A stretch of DNA of 32,000 bases from Candidatus Kuenenia stuttgartensis (GTDB taxonomy: Bacteria > Planctomycetota > Brocadiia > Brocadiales > Brocadiaceae): NCBI RefSeq assembly GCF_900232105.1, contig NZ_LT934425.1, positions 4,320,001-4,352,000 of the forward strand, given 5' to 3'. Shown in pieces: positions 28,416-32,000 of the stretch; the stretch's first letter is position 1, and every line of letters starts with the position of its first letter. The notes under the pieces were generated by a model that did not search any database, had not been told where the DNA came from, and saw only the letters and a list, made by a program, of their open reading frames with translations. A program made the translations under genes and the position numbers.

Positions 28416-28496
28416 GCAGAATTTAATACTCTAGAAACAATTCGAATGCAAGAAAAAAACAGATTTTTATAAAAATAAATGCTTTTTACTATACAA

Positions 28497-30349
28497 CGGA
28501 TGTTCACCCCAAGTCAAAAAACAAAAGTGCCGTAAAAGCCTTATATTTATTGACTTTTACGCCGAACAGCAAGCTTTTTTCTAGTGACTACCCGTATGTT
28601 CCGGCTTGGCAATACTTCTGGCAACTTTATCTGTAATGCCTCTAATAATTCATGTGATTGTTGCCGCGGACGCGGGATCTTCTGGCAACTAGCTTTTTGG
28701 CCTTTGATTGTTACTTCCATCGAACAAATGGTCGTCAATTGTGCGAGACCTTCCTCTACCGTCAAGTCAAAATTCTTCCACGCTCTGCGCAGCCTTCGAA
28801 TTATCATGTACGCAAGCATTACCACAAACACATGTCCCCGTGTACTATCCTCCTTTCTTACATACACCGGACGAACCTCCAAATTCACCGTCTTACAGTC
28901 CCGAAACGCCTTCTCCACTTCCGTTAAATCCTTGTATCGTTCATGTACCAGATTGGTATCCGCCTCGTTCTCCTCAAGATCAGTCTTGATTGCGTAACAA
29001 CCATCAAGGTATGATGCCTCCTTTAATGCTTCCTCAGCTCTCTCTATCTTTAGCGTCCTATCCTCTTCTTTTATCTGCACCCACCCATCAAGTTTCAATC
29101 TCGTTAGCCTTTCCCTTGTTGTTTCCAGGGCCTTCGATACTGACGACTTAGGATGTTCCTTCAGATAACTGTTCTTCTTCACGATGTATTTCTCTATACT
29201 CTGTAATTTTGATACACGGGTCTTTGACATCTCTTCCGCCCTTACCGGATTGCGCCTCAGAATATATCTAACCTCATCATCCTTTATCTCGCAGAGCTTT
29301 TCTTCGAACAATCCTAATTGCAGTATCCCTTTATTTATCAACGACTCTATCTGCGGCTTGGTTATCGCCGTTATGTAATGAAACCCTTCCGGTAAACTTT
29401 CGATTTGCACCGTCTTGATCATCCCACGATCTCCTACAATCGTTACATCTTTGCATCCAAACCGCTCTAATACCTTCTTTACCTGAGATTCAAAGGTCTT
29501 CGGATCCTGGGTGTTGCCCCTAAATACTTCTGTTGATACCGGCTCCCCGAATTCATCACAAAGCATACCGATCACTATCTGTTTTTTCCTCTTTTTGCCG
29601 TCACGATTATACCCGTACTCACCAAAATGATTCGACTTCCCCTCTAAATAACTGCTCGTCACGTCATACAAAAACAACTTCGGCTTATTGCCTCCTCGTC
29701 TTAACTCAAACAGCTTTCGCTCTATCTTTGCCTGATTCTCTGACAACCATGACAAATTATCGTACAGATTGTTCTCGTCAAACCCACGCTTCATATCCAG
29801 GACGTCACCCGCAGCATGTATCTGCGCCAGCCTTACTGCAGACAGTCTTGACCCCCGGCCTATTACCCTTGCCATTACTTGCCAAAGCGCCAGCTTTCCT
29901 TCAAAGTCCTTTCCCAATGCCTCTTCTATCCCTAATTCCTTTGCCACTTGGTACACGCTCCACGCTGCTCCCACAGACAAACCCTCATGGAGTTTCACCG
30001 ATTCTGACAATGCGCCCAATGCACAGAGATCGTCTTTATGTGCGAGTGCAAGTCTTATCGCTTCAATCTCCAGGGGAGTGCAATTCGACAGATTCGCAAT
30101 GGTGCGTTTCTTGACCTTCCCATCCTCACGGTACGATTCCCGCAGAAGGGTAGATCGATAGATTTTTTTACCGGATTTTGACTTGTTCTCTACAATATGC
30201 ATGTCCACCATTGTACAGATAACAACCATTATCAGTCAAGTATATTGTCGGATAATAACAATATATTAGTGACTACATATTTATTAAAAATACAGCCTTA
30301 ACAAACTATGTATTAAGCACTTATGCGTTTTGGCAGGGGTGAACATCCG
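28497..30349 (-). mobile_element. IS1634-family insertion sequence, copy 2 (complete, 1853 bp)
   Basis: Same TIRs as copy 1; 6-bp TSD ATACAA at 28491-28496 and 30350-30355. Confidence 0.95.
28547..30229 (-). CDS. IS1634-family transposase, 560 aa
   Basis: Near-identical to 261-1943. Confidence 0.94.
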   Translation of the reverse strand: MVVICTMVDMHIVENKSKSGKKIYRSTLLRESYREDGKVKKRTIANLSNCTPLEIEAIRLALAHKDDLCALGALSESVKLHEGLSVGAAWSVYQVAKELGIEEALGKDFEGKLALWQVMARVIGRGSRLSAVRLAQIHAAGDVLDMKRGFDENNLYDNLSWLSENQAKIERKLFELRRGGNKPKLFLYDVTSSYLEGKSNHFGEYGYNRDGKKRKKQIVIGMLCDEFGEPVSTEVFRGNTQDPKTFESQVKKVLERFGCKDVTIVGDRGMIKTVQIESLPEGFHYITAITKPQIESLINKGILQLGLFEEKLCEIKDDEVRYILRRNPVRAEEMSKTRVSKLQSIEKYIVKKNSYLKEHPKSSVSKALETTRERLTRLKLDGWVQIKEEDRTLKIERAEEALKEASYLDGCYAIKTDLEENEADTNLVHERYKDLTEVEKAFRDCKTVNLEVRPVYVRKEDSTRGHVFVVMLAYMIIRRLRRAWKNFDLTVEEGLAQLTTICSMEVTIKGQKASCQKIPRPRQQSHELLEALQIKLPEVLPSRNIRVVTRKKLAVRRKSQ

Positions 30350-30426
30350 ATACAACCGGGAAGTGAAGGAACGATTGCCGTAAATCCCCCTTCATCACTT
30401 GGTTCTAAAATTACTTGAATTTTCAT
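30350..30426 (-). pseudogene. hicB: hicB 5' part
   Basis: ATG at 30426; MKIQVILEPSDEGGFTAIVPSLPGC, conserved HicB N-terminus, interrupted by nested insertions. Confidence 0.88.
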
Positions 30427-30506
30427 TTTTTTATCCCCCCCCAAATGTTTTTTAAATTAACCACGCATATTTCGTCCCATTATCACATTTGGATTGGCAA
30501 AAATCA

Positions 30507-30617
30507 TCAATTCCTATCTTTTGCTTCGACGATATTAATTTCCTCATATGTCAATCCATACAGTCTGTAAACAATTTCATCTATCAACTTATCTATCGCC
30601 TTACTTCTTGTTTTTAA
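30507..30617 (-). pseudogene. C-terminal remnant of a type IIG/adenine-specific DNA methyltransferase-like protein
   Basis: LKTRSKAIDKLIDEIVYRLYGLTYEEINIVEAKDRN-stop; IDxLVYxLYGLTxEEIxIVE is the characteristic tail of such proteins; upstream part is cut by IS1634 copy 3. Confidence 0.65.
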
Positions 30618-32000
30618 CGGATGTTCACCCCTGCCAAAACGCATAAGTGCTTAATATATAGTTTGTTAAGGCTGTATTTTTAATAAATATGTAGTCACTA
30701 ATATATTGTTATTATACGACAATATACTTGACGGATAATGGTTGTTATCTGTACAATGGTGGACATGCATATTGTAGAGAACAAGTCAAAATCCGGTAAA
30801 AAAATCTATCGATCTACCCTTCTGCGGGAATCGTACCGTGAGGATGGGAAGGTCAAGAAACGCACCATTGCGAATCTGTCGAATTGCACTCCCCTGGAGA
30901 TTGAAGCGATAAGACTTGCACTCGCACATAAAGACGATCTCTGTGCATTGGGCGCATTGTCAGAATCGGTGAAACTCCATGAGGGTTTGTCTGTGGGAGC
31001 AGCGTGGAGCGTGTACCAAGTGGCAAAGGAATTAGGGATAGAAGAGGCATTGGGAAAGGACTTTGAAGGAAAGCTGGCGCTTTGGCAAGTAATGGCAAGG
31101 GTAATAGGCCGGGGGTCAAGACTGTCTGCAGTAAGGCTGGCGCAGATACATGCTGCGGGTGACGTCCTGGATATGAAGCGTGGGTTTGACGAGAACAATC
31201 TGTACGATAATTTGTCATGGTTGTCAGAGAATCAGGCAAAGATAGAGCGAAAGCTGTTTGAGTTAAGACGAGGAGGCAATAAGCCGAAGTTGTTTTTGTA
31301 TGACGTGACGAGCAGTTATTTAGAGGGGAAGTCGAATCATTTTGGTGAGTACGGGTATAATCGTGACGGCAAAAAGAGGAAAAAACAGATAGTGATCGGT
31401 ATGCTTTGTGATGAATCCGGGGAGCCGGTATCAACAGAAGTATTTAGGGGCAACACCCAGGATCCGAAGACCTTTGAATCTCAGGTAAAGAAGGTATTAG
31501 AGCGGTTTGGATGTAAAGATGTAACGATTGTAGGAGATCGTGGGATGATCAAGACGGTGCAAATCGAAAGTTTACCGGAAGGGTTTCATTACATAACGGC
31601 GATAACTAAGCCGCAGATAGAGTCGTTGATAAATAAAGGGATACTGCAATTAGGATTGTTCGAAGAAAAGCTCTGCGAGATAAAGGATGATGAGGTTCGA
31701 TATATTCTGAGGCGCAATCCGGTAAGGGCGGAAGAGATGTCAAAGACCCGTGTATCAAAATTACAGAGTATAGAGAAATACATCGTGAAGAAGAACAGTT
31801 ATCTGAAGGAACATCCTAAGTCGTCAGTATCGAAGGCCCTGGAAACAACAAGGGAAAGGCTAACGAGATTGAAACTTGATGGGTGGGTGCAGATAAAAGA
31901 AGAGGATAGGACGCTAAAGATAGAGAGAGCTGAGGAAGCATTAAAGGAGGCATCATACCTTGATGGTTGTTACGCAATCAAGACTGATCTTGAGGAGAAC
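30618..32000 (+). mobile_element. IS1634-family insertion sequence, copy 3 (left part; continues beyond window)
   Basis: TIR CGGATGTTCACCCC at 30618; sequence matches copy 1 from position 141. Confidence 0.95.
30738..32000 (+). CDS. IS1634-family transposase, partial (runs off window end)
   Basis: Translation of ATG at 30738 matches copies 1 and 2; absent from the ORF track only because it is open at the window end. Confidence 0.93.
   Translation, partial: MVVICTMVDMHIVENKSKSGKKIYRSTLLRESYREDGKVKKRTIANLSNCTPLEIEAIRLALAHKDDLCALGALSESVKLHEGLSVGAAWSVYQVAKELGIEEALGKDFEGKLALWQVMARVIGRGSRLSAVRLAQIHAAGDVLDMKRGFDENNLYDNLSWLSENQAKIERKLFELRRGGNKPKLFLYDVTSSYLEGKSNHFGEYGYNRDGKKRKKQIVIGMLCDESGEPVSTEVFRGNTQDPKTFESQVKKVLERFGCKDVTIVGDRGMIKTVQIESLPEGFHYITAITKPQIESLINKGILQLGLFEEKLCEIKDDEVRYILRRNPVRAEEMSKTRVSKLQSIEKYIVKKNSYLKEHPKSSVSKALETTRERLTRLKLDGWVQIKEEDRTLKIERAEEALKEASYLDGCYAIKTDLEEN

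Larger units (their letters stand above)
25977..28491 (-). mobile_element. IS630-family element interrupted by an ISL3 element
   Basis: Ends TAGTAAAAAGC... and ...GTTTGACTA with TA duplication in hicB; length about 1126 bp once the ISL3 element and its TSD are removed. Confidence 0.85.

Noticed and set aside
1-32000. CRISPR array
   Set aside because: No series of evenly spaced 24-40-bp repeats with unique spacers; the only tandem arrays are the short ones at 17473-17573.

Overview
The window is a transposon-saturated chromosomal segment. The overall look suggests a planctomycete or anammox-type bacterium, but this is inference from gene style only. It has (a) a host-gene island at about 17.7-22.8 kb: YggT-family protein, HAD/polyprenol-kinase-like fusion, U32 peptidase, PDZ+TPR lipoprotein and a secreted protein. 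(b) Around that island are at least ten IS elements or remnants. Boundaries could be read directly for several: a 1853-bp IS1634-type element with 14-bp perfect TIRs (copies at 141-1993 and 28497-30349, plus a third running off the window from 30618), an IS231/IS4-like element (6018-7401), an ISL3 element (26685-28065, 8-bp TSD) and an IS630 element (25977-28491). (c) Small toxin-antitoxin modules: hicAB, a PemK/MazF pair, and a hicBA operon destroyed by nested insertions that can be rebuilt in silico. The most interesting features are: DruA/DUF4338-like domains fused in front of two unrelated DDE transposases (Tn5/IS4-type and ISAs1-type), one with a strong internal Shine-Dalgarno/ATG that could give a separate transposase; an in-frame ISNCY-IS66 chimeric transposase ORF; an ISAzo13-type transposase split by an A9 tract with a large winged-helix-like N-terminus; and a hicAB cassette flanked by about 170-bp direct repeats. 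All family assignments are by recall of sequence motifs; no database search was run.
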